From NCBI GenBank assembly GCA_013239625.1, contig MU053873.1:198524-262523 (forward strand): a DNA stretch of 64,000 nt, written 5' to 3'. Made by a program: the position numbers and the translations under genes. The notes below the pieces were generated by a model that did not search any database, had not been told where the DNA came from, and saw only the letters and a program-made list of their open reading frames with translations. The stretch is from Lama guanicoe (lineage: Eukaryota). Below, in pieces: positions 47,977-61,255 of this stretch (positions are counted from its first letter, which is position 1; every line of letters starts with the position of its first letter).

Positions 47977-48470
47977 AGATGTGGCAGGAACCTAAGTGTC
48001 CATCAACAGAGGAATGGATAAAGATGGAATACTACTCAGCCATAAAAAAGAATGAAAAATTTCCATTTGCAACAACATGGATGGTCTTGGAGGGTTTTAT
48101 GCTCACTGAAATAAGTCAGACAGAGGAAAAAAATACTGAATGGTATCACTTATATGTGAAATCTCAAAGATAAAACAAACTAGTGAACATAAAATGAAAC
48201 AGACTCACAGATACAGAGAACAAATTAGTGGTTACCAGTGGGGAGAGGGGAGGGGTAAGGGACCAGATAGGGGTAAGGGATTAAGAGGTACATAATTGTA
48301 TAAAACAAATAAGTTACAATGGTATATTGTACACACTGGGAATATAGGCAATAGTTTATAATAACCATAAATGAAGTATACATTAAAAAAATTGTGAATC
48401 AGTGGGTTGTACACCTGAAACTTATACGATATTGTTCATCAACTATATTTCAATTAAACAAAACAAAACA
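47977..48470 (+). mobile_element. 5'-truncated L1 inserted into a MIR
   Basis: cctaagtgtccatcaacagaggaatggataaag...tactactcagccataaaaaagaatgaaa...tacacctgaaact...caattaaacaaaacaaaac. Confidence 0.85.
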
Positions 48471-49504
48471 TGGCAGGGCCAAAAGCTGAACCCAGATCCT
48501 CTGGCTCCAGATTCAAGAGCACAAATGCCAGAGCCAGCGCGGCACGGGTGAGCAGGTGGGGGAGAGTTGGGGTGAGAAGGGGGAGGGAGGGCACCCTCCG
48601 TGGGAAGCATCGTCGTCACGCACTTCTGTCGCCCCTTTGAGGCTTCCCGGAGTTGGGTTCACCCGCACTCAGGACACCTGCCCCTCTCTCACACCCCCTC
48701 CTCCACTTCCTCCCCAGGCCCGTTTCCTTCCTCACTTCAAAGCTCCCCCATTCTCTCCCTTAGAAGCCACCTTCTTTTCTTTCTTGGAATCTGCCCAGGG
48801 AGAGACACCTGTGTTTCTGTTTCGATTTCTTCTCAGGCCCCCGTGTTTCCTGGGGAGGTCCGGGCCTGTGGGCAGCCACTCATCAGGCTGGGAAGCTCAT
48901 GTCTACAGGGTCCTGGCCCCTCTGTTTCCAGGCCTTGACACCCAACAACTGCCCTCCCTGTCCATCATCGATTTCCTCTCTTACTCCAATCTCAGCCTCG
49001 GAGACTCACAGCTCCACAGGCAGGAGGGTTTTGGTTGAAATCCAGGCTGAGAGAGGGACAGACGCTTGCTTGAGGGAACACAGCTGGGTAGGGGCAGACA
49101 AGAGTCCCCTGCTCTTCCCACTGCCAGGCAGGAATCCTCTCTCAGCCTCTCCCTTTGCCACCTCCAACTCCACCTGTGACATCTTTTTCCACCCTTCACT
49201 TTCTTGCCCCACTCATTCTTCAGGACACAGCCCAGTGTCACCTCCTCCAGGCAGTCTCCCTGGATTGCCTTCTCTCTTTGCCCCAGCTCCCTGGGCTGAG
49301 AGATGTTCCCCTCTCTTCCCAGAGCATTCTACCAGCATGGCCTCATGTGGAAAATGTGTTGCTTTCACACCGGGACTCAAGAAACATCTGTCCTGGGCCA
49401 GAGGACTACCCTCACCCCGGCCTGTACTTTCTGGTGTCATGAATGAAATCGTTGGCTTTTCTGCCCTCCCTCACTTGTGAGCTGCTTGAAGGCTGCACAT
49501 GAAA

Positions 49505-50230
49505 TCTTTTCTTTTTTTAAACAGCTTTACTGAGATCGAATTAACACACCATTCAATTCACCCATTTAAATAGTTTTTCGTGGGTTCACAGGTTATCCAA
49601 CCATCATCACAGCCCAATTTAGAACATTCTGCTCACCTCAAAAAGAAAGCCTAGACTTTTCTATTATCACCCACCTGACATGTTCCCCCGACCCCAACTC
49701 CCACCCCTGAGCAAATACTAAGCTTTTTGTCTCTGTGGATTTCCCTATTCTAGACATTTTGTATGAATGGAATCATACAATATGTGGACTTTTGTGACTG
49801 GCTTCTCTCACTTAGCAGGATGTTTTCAGGGCTCATTCATGTTTAGCACATGTGGGTCCTTCATGCCTTTGTATGGCTGAAGAATATTCCATTGTGTGGA
49901 GAGATCATGTTTGCTTTCTCCCTTTGGGTTCTGTCCACATTTTGGCTATTATGAATAGCGCTGCTATGAACAGTCCTGTACAAGTCTTGGTGTGGATGTA
50001 TGTTTTCATTTTTCTTGGGTAGATCCCAGGAGCGGCACTGTTGGCTCATACGGTAACTCAATGTTTAATTGTTTGAGAAGATGCCAGACTGTTTTCCAAA
50101 GTGGCTGCACCATTTTCCATCCCCACCAGCAGCGTGTGGGGATTCTGACTTCTCCACATCTTGGCCATCACTTGTTATTATCTGACTGTCGATTCTAGCC
50201 AAGCTTGTAGGTGTCAAGTGGTGAGTCTTA
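49505..50230 (-). mobile_element. L1M 3' fragment
   Basis: acagctttactgaga, aatggaatcatacaatatgtgg, gttttccaaagtggctgcaccatttt. Confidence 0.8.
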
Positions 50231-53200
50231 CATCTTTTATGTGCTGGTACTGGCAGGGGAGCCCTGGAGGCAGACACGGGGCTGGAAGTCTTCACTTCTG
50301 CAGGGGGGACCTCACCTGGCTGAGCCTCCTCCTTCAGTCTGTAGGTGGTCCAGAGATCGTGAATGGAAGCACGTGACATAACTGCTGGCTTACAGCACCA
50401 GCTCAGTCAGTGTGAACTCCAGGAACAGCTGCAGTGAGCACTCCACACCCGTGCAGTTTCTGGCCAACGGTGGGCCCCGTGGAAGTGGGTGGAGGGACCT
50501 GCCGCAAGCTCGCCCTGGGGAGGTGCCAGCTGAGGGCTGGGGCTGGACGCGAGGGAGCCTCGGGAGGCGCTCACGGTCTCCTATCCAGGGGCCCCTTGGC
50601 CCAGCCCCGTCCAGGCCGGCTCTTGTCTGGCATGGGGAGCCGTGTTCTTTCTCAGGCATTTTGAGACTCAGCACATGTTCGTCTCCTCCTGATGGTTTGA
50701 ATTAGAAAGCGGCTGATGCCTTCTGGAAACCCAGGGAAAAACATTATTGTTGGAGGCCAGTCTCCTTGTTGGCAGAGCTGACCTCCCTGGCCTGGCATTC
50801 CAGAGCACAAAAGCCTTCGCTGGCAAAATTGGAGCCTTCCCATTGGGGGCTCCCCTTCCCCCTCCCTCTTTCTCACCCAGCCCTGGCGGGCCTGTCAAAC
50901 ACTGGCTGCTGGCTGCCAGAGGGCAGTGGGCACAAAATCCCCTGGCTGTCTGGGCCCGTCCACCCCTGCAGCATGTTGGTGGACCGAGGGCTGACTCAGT
51001 TCCCAACCTGGCAAGGGACTGGTGTCTGGTGCAGCGCAAAGGTGGTGCCCCGGGGTGGGGGGCGGGAAGGGAAGGGAGGAGGGCCCGGAGGGAGGCTGCC
51101 ACAGGCTGGTGGACACCAAGCCACGAGCCACGAAAAGGAGAAATGGTGTTGCTGCTTTCATTGGACAGATGGGGGGGGTCTGAGGCTCAGAGAGGTGATG
51201 TCCCCTGCCAGGGCCACAGAGCCAGCACATGGTGGCCCGGGGTCTGGACCCCAGGCTGGCTCTGAGGACCCACCTTTCCATCTTGCGCTGAGAATGGGAG
51301 AAGTGCTCTATGAAGTGTTCTAAGGAGTCTTCTGATTGCAGTTTCCCTCGGCTGGATCTGCCTTTTCCCTCTCGCCTTTCCCACCCAGAGGAGCCCAGGA
51401 GAGGTGGTCAGAGGAAGCTGGAGGGGCCTCCCTTGGAGCCGGCCATTGGCCCTGCGGCGGCTTCTGCTGGGTCACTGACGGTTAGAGCCACATGACCAGG
51501 GTGGCCTTATCTCCCCGAGGGCGGCAGGCCCAGCTCTGGGAAGCCCGGCTTCAGATGGGTAGTGGTGATTGTCGAGGTCTGCATGGCCCTGATAAAGCAG
51601 CTGCTTGGGACCGGACGGACCCAAGGTCCCCTGTGCCGCTTCCTTCACTGGCCTCTACTGCCCCAGCTCCTCGAGCTCCAGCCCCCTCCCACAGGGACAG
51701 CCGGCACCCGGGGGCTGGGCCCCAGTCACCGGTCCCCACGCCCAGCTCCCTGCTTCATGGCTCTTTGGCTCGGGACTGAGCGTCCTGGGTCAGGACCATG
51801 GCCTCTCGGCCAATGACTGTGGGTACCCCGCCCTAAAATGAGTGTTCTCTTGTCTCCATCCCCTGGGGTGTCAGGAAGATCAAATGAGATAACACGTGAT
51901 GAGCATGAGAACCGAGGCTGGAACACGAGTAGGTGCCAACTAGTCACGTTCCTTATCCGCTTCCCCAGCAGGGCTGTCTCCTTGCCTGGGGTTCCTGTGG
52001 TCTTTCTAGACCCTGCCCCTCCTTGAAGGCCAAGTCCGAATCTTGCCTTCTCCCCAAAGCCATCCCCGACATCTGTCCCCAGGCCCTGTAACCTCCCTGT
52101 GCTCCACCCCCCAATCCCCATAGCACTTGGCATCGGCCACTGCGGAGAATAAGCAGGAGGCTAGAAGGATGTTTTCTGGTGGGCTGAGAAGGGCTATCTG
52201 CTGCCAACAGCTTGGACACCTTCCCCCGTTGTGTGTGTTCCCAACCCCTCACCTTTCCTACATTACGCATCAGGTACTTGTATAGGTAGAAATGAATTCC
52301 AAATAAATGCTATTGTCAGAGAGATTTGCTCCTTTTGGTTGAATGCTTCCTTGAATGATGCAGCTTCTGTCAGTCGTGACTGTGTTGACCGTGATCGTCC
52401 AGGCAGTGGTTCTGACACCTGGTCCCCCATGCACACCTGCTCACCGTCCCTTCAGGTGAGATCCTCACTAACCCATCAGCCTCAGCTCCTTCAGCTCCAG
52501 GCCTGGGGACACTCACCACTAACTGTCCCAGTTGTCCCCAGAGTTCTCACCTGCTCTCTCACTCCCAAGGTCCAAGCTTTGGTCCTAGTGCAGCTCAAAT
52601 TCCATCTCCTCTGGGCTTCCCACGCCTGCCCTAGCCCGGCTCCTTCTTGGTCGCTTCACTGGCCGCCTGGGTCACTAGTTAACTGTCTCCCAGGTAGGCT
52701 GTACCTTCCTTGTGAGCAGAAGACACAACCTTTTACGCCTCCTACCTCCCTGCGCCTAGCAAGGTGCCTGGTACACAGAGCAGGTGCTCAGGGGAAGCCG
52801 AGAGTGGGAATCATGGGAGTACCAATGATGGCGCCGATGGTGACCACTGACCTTCAGCCTTTACCTGCTCGGCTCTTTACCTGGATTATGTCACTCAACC
52901 CTGCCCCCTGCAACCCAGAGACTACTAAATGCTATTAAAAGGCCATCACAAAAGGAAGGCCTGGACCTCAGACCACGTCTTGGAGAAGCGATGCCTCTTC
53001 CTGCCTCGGTTTCCTCCGCTGTGTGGGGACCTAACACCTGCTCGCCTCTCCTCCCTGCAGGTGGTCTCCAGGGTCAAACAGGGCAGCGAGCACGAGATCA
53101 GTGCAAACAGCTGTACAGACCCGCAGATGGCGGAGTAAATGCTTATGGGAGGGCCCATCCGGCCCTGCCTGCTGGGGAGGGGTGGGGATTTTTAACGTTC

Positions 53201-54833
53201 CTCTTTCCCACTTGCTCTCTAAGGATAATAGTGAAAGTGACACGATTACAGGAGCCCGAGTTCCTATGGGAGGACTCGGGGGCCTGCCCACATCCCCCGG
53301 ACCCCCCACCCCATCCCTGTCCTCCACCCTCGCCAGCTCAACCACACTGGCTAGTCAGAGCCAAGCCGCTGGCCAGGCTGTGCTGTCTGCTCAGAAAGCT
53401 CTCCCTCCGCTTGCCTGACCCTGACCACCCTTCAGATTTCAGCCAAGATGTCAGCCTCACGGGGCAGCCTTCCGCAGCCCCCAACCCTGGCCTGTGCCCG
53501 TGAGAGGCTGGCAGAGCCCGGACCCTCTTGTTGGCTCTCATCTTCACTCTACTGGGACAATTAAAGCACACAACTGTGACATTGGCCTCTCCTGCCAGGC
53601 CAGAGGCTCTGCAGGAGCAGAGAGGGCCCCGTCCTGCTCAGGTTGCGTCCAAGGGCCAGACACTCAGCAGAGCACACAGGTGGGGCTCAGCAAGGGCTCA
53701 CGACTGGCAGAATGAATGCAGGAGGGGTTTAGCCCCATCTCACACCACAGCTCAGCCTGGCTGTGCTGTGAGCCTTGCTGGGTCTGGCTGAGGATGCTAA
53801 TCAGCCCTCAGATGTTAGCGATGCACAGCACGTGGGCTCTGGGGCCGGACGGAGCCTGAATCTCAGCTCTGCCCCTTCTGAGCTGTGTGCCGCTGAGGAA
53901 GTCGTTCAGCCTCTCCAGGCTTAATTGTAGAACTGAGACGATATTAGCACCTGATGGGTGCTCTCGCTACGGCTTCCATGAGTTAAAGATTACAGGGAGT
54001 ATGACTGCAGTTATCATTATTATTATTAATGATTGGTAATGACTCAAAGGATTCCTGCTCCCAACTAATACCTTTGTTCTGGAATAGCCGGGGCCCAGGT
54101 CTTGACAGCGGCGGTGGAAAGGGCTGGGCAGGGAGCCAGGAGCCTGGGGCTCCACCTCAAAGGCGAGCCCGGCCTTCTGACCAGAAGGAAGTCGCTCCAA
54201 CTCGCCCGCTAACTAACCCCGGCAGCAATCAGATTTCCTCATTTGCTACCTCACAGGGCTGTGGGGGAAGATCAAAGAGAGACATGAATGAGAACGCTTC
54301 TCTCTGCAGATACTTATTGAACACCTACTGTGCTCCAGGGACCAAACAGTGAACAGGACCACAGGACCCCCTGGGAAGCCAGAAAGGAAGGGCTTACTAC
54401 GAAGTGATTAAGTGTCCTATCGATGGTTCTGCCTGGGGCCACTCTCTGTCTGCAGTTCAACCTAATGGGTTCAGCGGGAAAGCACCTCCCTCTCGGCCTC
54501 CTTTAGGTGTTGTGATTGGGGCTCGTCCATCACCCTCAAAGCCTCTGGGTCTTCATTTATGAAATGCACTTTGCAGTGGGCATAAACTGTACCTCCCTCA
54601 GCACCCTGGTGTAAGGACGAAGTGAGTTCGTGTACGTGAGGGCGTAAGCACCACGCCAGACACGGCTAAGCTCTTGCCAGATGGTGGTTACTGTCAATGC
54701 CGTGACCTTGCCACCTAGCCCTTAACTGGCACGTGGGCTTTGTGAGATGCATAAGTCCTTCAGAGAGAGAGAGAGCAGGAGCGTGGCTGGCACAGAGGGA
54801 CCGCGTTCCCCTCCCACCACAGGCTGACTTTCA

Positions 54834-54834
<1 letters not shown>

Positions 54835-54870
<36 letters not shown>
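54835..54870. repeat. (CA)18 microsatellite
   Basis: Direct reading. Confidence 0.95.
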
Positions 54871-54873
<3 letters not shown>

Positions 54874-54989
54874 GGTGGTATAGGAACGTAAGTAGGTCTG
54901 AAATATTCCAAACTATTCATAATAGAGGGTGGGATGAGGACACCTACCAGTTACCTTTTATTTTTCAGGTATTGTCTGAATAACAGATT

Positions 54990-55478
54990 ACTTTTTTGGT
55001 TTTTGTGATATAATGCGTATGATATAAAACTGACTGTTTTAACCACTTTTAAGCATACTTTTGTATTGTTGTGCAACCATCACCACCATCCATCTCTGGG
55101 GCTTTTTCACCCTCTCTGAGTCCAGCCCTGCACCATTAAGCGTGAACTCCCCAGGCCTCCTCCCCCAGCCCCTGGCAACCTCTGTTCTACTCCTGCCCCT
55201 CTGATTTTGACTATTCTAGGAACCTCACATAAGTGGACTCATCCAGGATTTGTCCTTTTGTGGCTGGCATATTCACTTAGCATCGTGTTCTCAAGGTTCA
55301 TCCATGTGGTAGCACGGGTCAGAATTTTCTTCCTTTAAAAAAAATTTTTTTATTAAAAAAAAGTTTTAATTGAAGTACAGTCAATTGCAATGTGTCTATT
55401 TCTGGTGTACAGCACAGTATCCCAGTCATGCATACACGTACATATGTTCATTCTTTTTAAGGCTGAATGATATTCAAT
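54990..55478 (-). mobile_element. L1M 3' fragment carrying a nested younger L1 tail (~55335-55455)
   Basis: gttgtgcaaccatcaccaccatccat, cagcccctggcaacc, ttcacttagcat; nested tttaattgaagtacagtc...tctggtgtacagca. Confidence 0.7.
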
Positions 55479-56434
55479 AGATTACTTTTGCAATTGGGAA
55501 AAAATAGAAATTGACAAAAAAAAAACCAACAAAAAAATGAGCCTGTGAATGAGTGAAGGAGGAGCAGTGGGTGAACGCTAGGGACCTTGGGTTGGGGCAG
55601 CGGGTGATAACTTGGCACAGGCACCCGTGAATCAGCCCTGGGTGTCCTCTATCATCAGAGGAGGGAGTTGGGCCTCCTCCCAGGGCTCTGGCCCCACTGC
55701 CCCATGGCTGAGTGTACAATGAAGACACTCAGTCCACTGACCAAGGGCTGTGACTCACAGATCGTGAGGCGAGGCAGGGCAGGGCCCCCACGCTCGGCCC
55801 CCAATGCCCCAGCCATTCAACCTGGGCAGTGAGCAGCACGGAGTTCCCGGTCCCCTTCTGATACCAGCTCTGCTCCCAGGCTCTGGGGACAACCCAACTG
55901 GCCCAGTGAGTAAGGAGGTTCCGGACAATCCTTCCTTTCATAAACCTCCACTGCTGACTAATGCCTTCTCGTCACGCTGGGTCCTTCCACACCGAAACCA
56001 TTCCCTGCCCCGGAGCTGGCCCTGTGGGGTTTTGAGGGAGGCTTCCCTCCTCCCCACTGGTGCTGCTCTCATGCCCCATCCCACCAGCCTGTGGGCCCCA
56101 CTAGTCAGCCCTCTTTCTCCCGGGCCATTCCATTTCCTCCTGTCAACACCCAGCCCTCCCAAGCCCTCGCCCCTGGGCTACAGGTTGGCCCTGCCCTGAT
56201 CAAAACATTGCTTCTTGTATTCCTACCTCTGTCCATCCCTGGCCTTGCCTGTTAGGAAGGAGGGCCTGGCCTCCTAAGGCTGGGATCACCAGGAGATGAC
56301 TCCAGTGTGGGGGTGGGGGCGGATTTCAGGTACTTGGGCATGCTGGGGGAACTATTTCTGAGCACGTGTGCAAGGGCGTCTTGAGATGCCCCCAGCTCCT
56401 TGACGACACATGGAAAGTCACCGTGGAAAGTGAT

Positions 56435-56550
56435 GGGTTTCGGAGTCAGACCTGAATTCAAATTCTGCCACTGCCACTCACTAGCTGGGTGACCATGGGC
56501 AGGTAACTTAACTTCTCTGAGCCTGGATTTCTACATCTATTTAAAAAAAA
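56435..56550. mobile_element. MIR SINE
   Basis: ggagtcagacctgaattcaaattctg...ctcactagctgggtgaccatgggcaggtaacttaacttctctgagcct. Confidence 0.75.
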
Positions 56551-59500
56551 ATGGACTAGGGTGTGGGAATAATTATTCCTCCCTTCCAGAATGGACGTGA
56601 AACACCTTCCAGAGAGACTCTCGACCTGGCGTAGGTGGAGGTGACTGGCCTGACGGAGACTCAGGAAATGGGGTTGGGATGGGGAGCACCTGCCCTCCAA
56701 GGGGAGGCCTCGGCCGAGGAGCACTTGGCTGGTAAGGGACAAACTGAGTGCCTCTGACGCCTTGGCCCTCATGGTGGCTTGGCTCCCAGCAGAGAAAGGG
56801 CCTCTTGTTCTCAGAGTTGGCAGGAGGGTGAATTCTTTTATGACACCATGTGAGGGCTGGGAGCTGCACCCCTGGAGGGGAGCCTGGCATGGGTAGTCCC
56901 AGACATCAGATGACAAGGAAAACTCTCCCTGCTAGGTTCTGGCAGGGAACTTCCTTTTTTGCAAGGCGGTGGGAGAGGAGTGAGAAAGGACCATGGCCAG
57001 CTTCTCTTACTAAGGAGGCATTACCAGGGCGAGTGTGGGAGTGACTTGGCGGGATCCGAGAGGCAGCTTGGAGAACCGGGAAAAGCTCAGGCCTGGGAAG
57101 CAAGAGCTACGGTGCCGTCTCAGCTGGGCCCTCCAGCCCCTCACCCCCAGCCGTGTGGCCGTGGATGAGTCACAGACTCTTGAGTGACACGGCCCTTATC
57201 TATGAAGGGAAGAGGTGAGATGTGAGGTCTTTCAGGCCCATTCCAGCTCTGAGATTCTCTAACTCTGCAGCCATCTCTTTAAAGATGAGAAGCACAGATG
57301 CTGAACTAAAACAGATGTGGCAGATAAAGCCAAGATAATCAGCCTGGCGGTTTCTCTCCCTCCAGTGCCTTGCGTCAGCAAGGCCTTGGGTGAATTCTGG
57401 CATTTGCTCATTGTGATAGGTAATCAAGGCAACATCTGTGGGCTGAACTTCCAAAAGAGAGGCTGATCAGTTTTCACCCTCAACCCTTCCTCTTTCCTAA
57501 ACGGCATGTGTGTGATACGGACTTTCTGAGTCCAACGTGGCTCCAGGCTGGCTCCTGGCATGGAGCATTTCCTAAATATGGTTTCTTTGCTCAGTCTCAC
57601 GTCCTCCTGACCTTCCACAGTCAGCAGAGTCTGGGGATGCCCATTTCCGAAAGAAGTATTTATTATGTGTCTCCTCAGTGCCTGATGTCAAAATCACAGG
57701 TTCTGGGGCACATGTGTTGGAGGGAATTCCCACAAGTCGCTGGCAAGTGAGATCACCATGCTCCCTGCCCCGGAGGGGCTGGGCAGCCAGGCAGACAGAG
57801 AAGGTGATCTGGTATCCACAGGGCACATCCGCAGGTGAAAAAGAAGGGCTCTGGGTGGCTGACAAGAGCTAAGGCCTCGAGGGCACGTGACAGATTTAGG
57901 CAGCAGGCAGCCTCCAGGATTGGATTTCATTTTAAAGTAGCCCCCGCCCTCTTCCTTCCTATGCCTGGTTTGCTTCCTCACCTGATCCCATTTTGTAATT
58001 ACATGTCCGCTTGTTTATTATCTGAACCCTCCCTAGAAGGAAAGCTCGAGAGCGAAAGACACTTGCTGCCTTATCCACCATCTCTACCCAGAGCCCGACA
58101 GAGCCCCGCGCAGAGAAGGTGCTGGGAAGTCCCAGTCGCCCGCATAAAGGCATGTGAGCAGGTGAGGACAAAATCCAAGTCGTGTCTCAGCATGGCGGAG
58201 TTGCAGGGCCGAGACAGAGTTGGACAAAGAGGTTGAACAGTCCGCCTTTAAAGAACCCAGAACATTTGTTTCTTTTCGCTTCCTAATCAGTGGTTTCTTG
58301 CCCGGGATGCGGAGCATCCGGGCCTGGAACGCGGACTTGCGTGGGAGGGACACGAAACTGTGCCGGCAGCCCCTGGGGGAAATAATCCGTCTTTGTCCTC
58401 ATTTTCGTGTGCACCTGTCGTCCCAAACCCTGGACAAACACTGTGTCATTCACCTTCCAAACCTCTCTGCGGATTCAGCCTGGAGTGGGAGTGGGGGGAT
58501 GGCGGGGGCGGGGTGGGGGCGGGGTGCTGGCGGCGGGAGCGCAAGGAGCCGCATTCCGCGCATTCCTGACTCCTGACAGCTCCTGGTACCTAGGCTGTAA
58601 GCCTGGGATGTCCAAAAATTCCAGCTGACTCATCTGTGGGTGAGCAAGGCCTGCAGGAGTGGGCCAGTGGAATCTCCTGGGGTCTGCCTCTGACGAGGAC
58701 CCCATTCAGAGGGGAAAGTGGGGCGGGGGTTGGGGGAGGGACGATGGCCAGGATTCAGGCCGGTTCTGCTTGAATGATGCTCAGCTGTCACTCGAGGTGT
58801 GAAGAAGTGGTGACAGGTGCAGCACGGTGTCGTGGGTGGGAGGCTGGCCTGGGACCTCGACTGAATACTGACTCCATCCTTATCACCTTGGGAATCTCTT
58901 CAAACTTCTCTGGGCCTCAGTGTCTGGGAGTGAAAACGCCGGCAGTAATGGTTCCGACTCCACAGCACCGTGGGGAGATGAAGCAAGAATGTGGGAAGCT
59001 CGGTCCCAGCACAGAGAGATTGCTTAACAGTGGTGACTTGTGCTTGAATGTTCCCCGTTTGAAGCAATGACGTGAGACTCCTCGCGAGCAGGCGAGTAGG
59101 TAATGGGTCCTGCCTGATCCTCCAAGGATACGAAACAGGTGGGGAAATGTCCCTGCGCCGCTGTAGGACTGCGAGTGGAATCACCTCTCTCTGACTCTCC
59201 CTGGTCACTGCAGAGCCTCCTGTGAGCAGAGGGCCGTGAGTGCACTCAGGGAATTGAGCCCACGCTGACCTGGCAGAAGCTTCTCTGGTCCTGATGCCCC
59301 ACCTCCAGATGGCTTATAACCAGATCCCTGCCAAATTCCTTTTACTTCCCCCCAGGACTGGTCTGACGCTGGAGCATTTCTCAAAAGCGGGAAACACAGT
59401 CCTACCGTCACCACGTCATCACCGTACCGTTAGAGCCCTGGCCCGTCCTGCCTTCCAGCTGTCTTCCCTAAGGATGTGTCTGAAGGGTTTTCCCCAGATC

Positions 59501-59734
59501 TGTTCCGGGGCTGCCTGGGAGAGTGAAGTCCGGAAATGAGGATGGGACACAGGACGAAACCTTGGGCCAGTCCCTGGCCTTCCTCGCTTTCCTCAGCATC
59601 TGTGAACCCAGGAGGCTAGCTGAGGTCATCCATTTCCGGCAGTTTGGTCCCGGGGGTTCTGACTCCTGAGTGCAGGGGAGAGCCAGGCACACCAACACTT
59701 GTTCCTCTTCGTGGGAGAGCACAGCGGTTAGGTG

Positions 59735-59925
59735 ACAAATGGCTCTGGGTTTAAATCCCTCCCTGTCACCTTGCCAGCTCTGTGACCTGAGGGAAGGCTG
59801 ACACCCTCTCTGAGCTATTATCCTATCTGTAAAATGGGCCTGCCAATCGCCACCTCCAGAGCTATTGTGAGGATTAAATGAGATGCTGCATGTGTAGAAC
59901 TTAGCACGGTGCCTGGCACTCACGA
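59735..59925. mobile_element. MIR SINE
   Basis: ctgggtttaaatccc...ctgtgacct...tctgtaaaatggg...gtgaggattaaatgagat...cttagcacggtgcctggcac. Confidence 0.8.
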
Positions 59926-60879
59926 TATGATATTTTACATTGTTGCCTGAAAATACAGGCTTGGGCACCATCACTGAACTGCCCACCTTACAGAGTGAGA
60001 AACCAAGGCCAAGTGGTGGTGGTAGCTGGTGGCAAGAGAATTCAGCCAATGTTTCTCATTTCAGCTGCTGCACCAGGCTGGCTTCAGAAAGAAGCTGCAG
60101 AAACTCAGGGGAGAAGCCCCACAGCGCCTGTTCTGGCTGCCTTAGCGGCTCCCAGCACTCACACCCGGACGTGGCTTGGCGCCCTGCTCTCACCCTCCTG
60201 CCTATTAACATATTTCCAGATGCTTCAGGCAGCAGCTGAGGAGGCCTTTCCGGTTCTGTTTCTTTGAATTTCCTTCCTTGCAGCTTCTCTTTCCTCTGTT
60301 TTTCTCCAACTGGCCAGACTTCACAAAGGGAGGGCCAGGACAGCCAGATACCTCATAAAATGCCCCTTTTACCAGCAATGACCTGACCTGCTTTTAGTAC
60401 CGGGATTTCATTGGTCCCATCCTGTACATGCCTGGGGCCTGGGAAACGGTGGCCTGGGGAGGTCTGGTGACCCAGGGCGGCCGAATGAAACGAGCTGTCT
60501 CCTGGGTACCTACTCTGTGCGGCCACTTGACCACATCATCCTGACCTTCCCAACCCCACAAAGTGGGTGATATTAGCCCCCTTTCTTGGATGAGAAGCTA
60601 AGACTCAGAGAGGTGATGTAACTTGTCTAAGGTCACCCAGCTACTGAGAGGACCCTACTGGCCCAACTCCAAAGGCCTGGCCAGCTCTTTCCATGACAGA
60701 CAGGTATCTTTATGGTTTGCGCATGGTCTGGGCTATGGGAACTTTGCTACCAGCCGTCTATCCAACTGGGTCGCAGGTCATGAGCTTCAAACCAAAACCT
60801 GGCCCAGTGAGCAACTCACTGGCCTTGCCTCATGGAGGAGAAGCGTCAGCTCAACTCTCGGGAAGCAACAGCACAAAAG

Positions 60880-61255
60880 GGGTGTGTGTCTGGGGATGTG
60901 CATACACGTGTGAACCTACATGTGCTGCGTGTGAGGACATGGGGTGTCAGAACGTGCACCCGCATGCATGTTCATGCGTGGAGGTGCACTTATGTGTAAG
61001 GATTTGTGTGTGAGGGTGTGTGTGAGGGTGTGCGTGCACATACTTGTGCGTGTCCATGCATGAGGATTGAGGGTCTGTGTTTATAGACACAGGTGCATGT
61101 GTGAGGACACGTGTGGGGATGTGTGTGGAAGGGTTAAACAGGGTGAATGTATGCAGACTGGTGTGTGCACATAGGTGTGCCTACTCATGCGTGTGTGAGG
61201 GCATGTGCTCCTGAGGGTGCCTGTGCATGTGCGTGAGAACATGTGCACATGCCTG
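60880..61255. repeat. Degenerate (TG/CA)-rich low-complexity tract
   Basis: Recurrent gtgtgtg, gtgcatgtg and gtgagg motifs. Confidence 0.75.

Noticed and set aside
52231-52938. 235-aa ORF
   Set aside because: Overlaps L2/MIR-like relics and has no homology or supporting exon structure.
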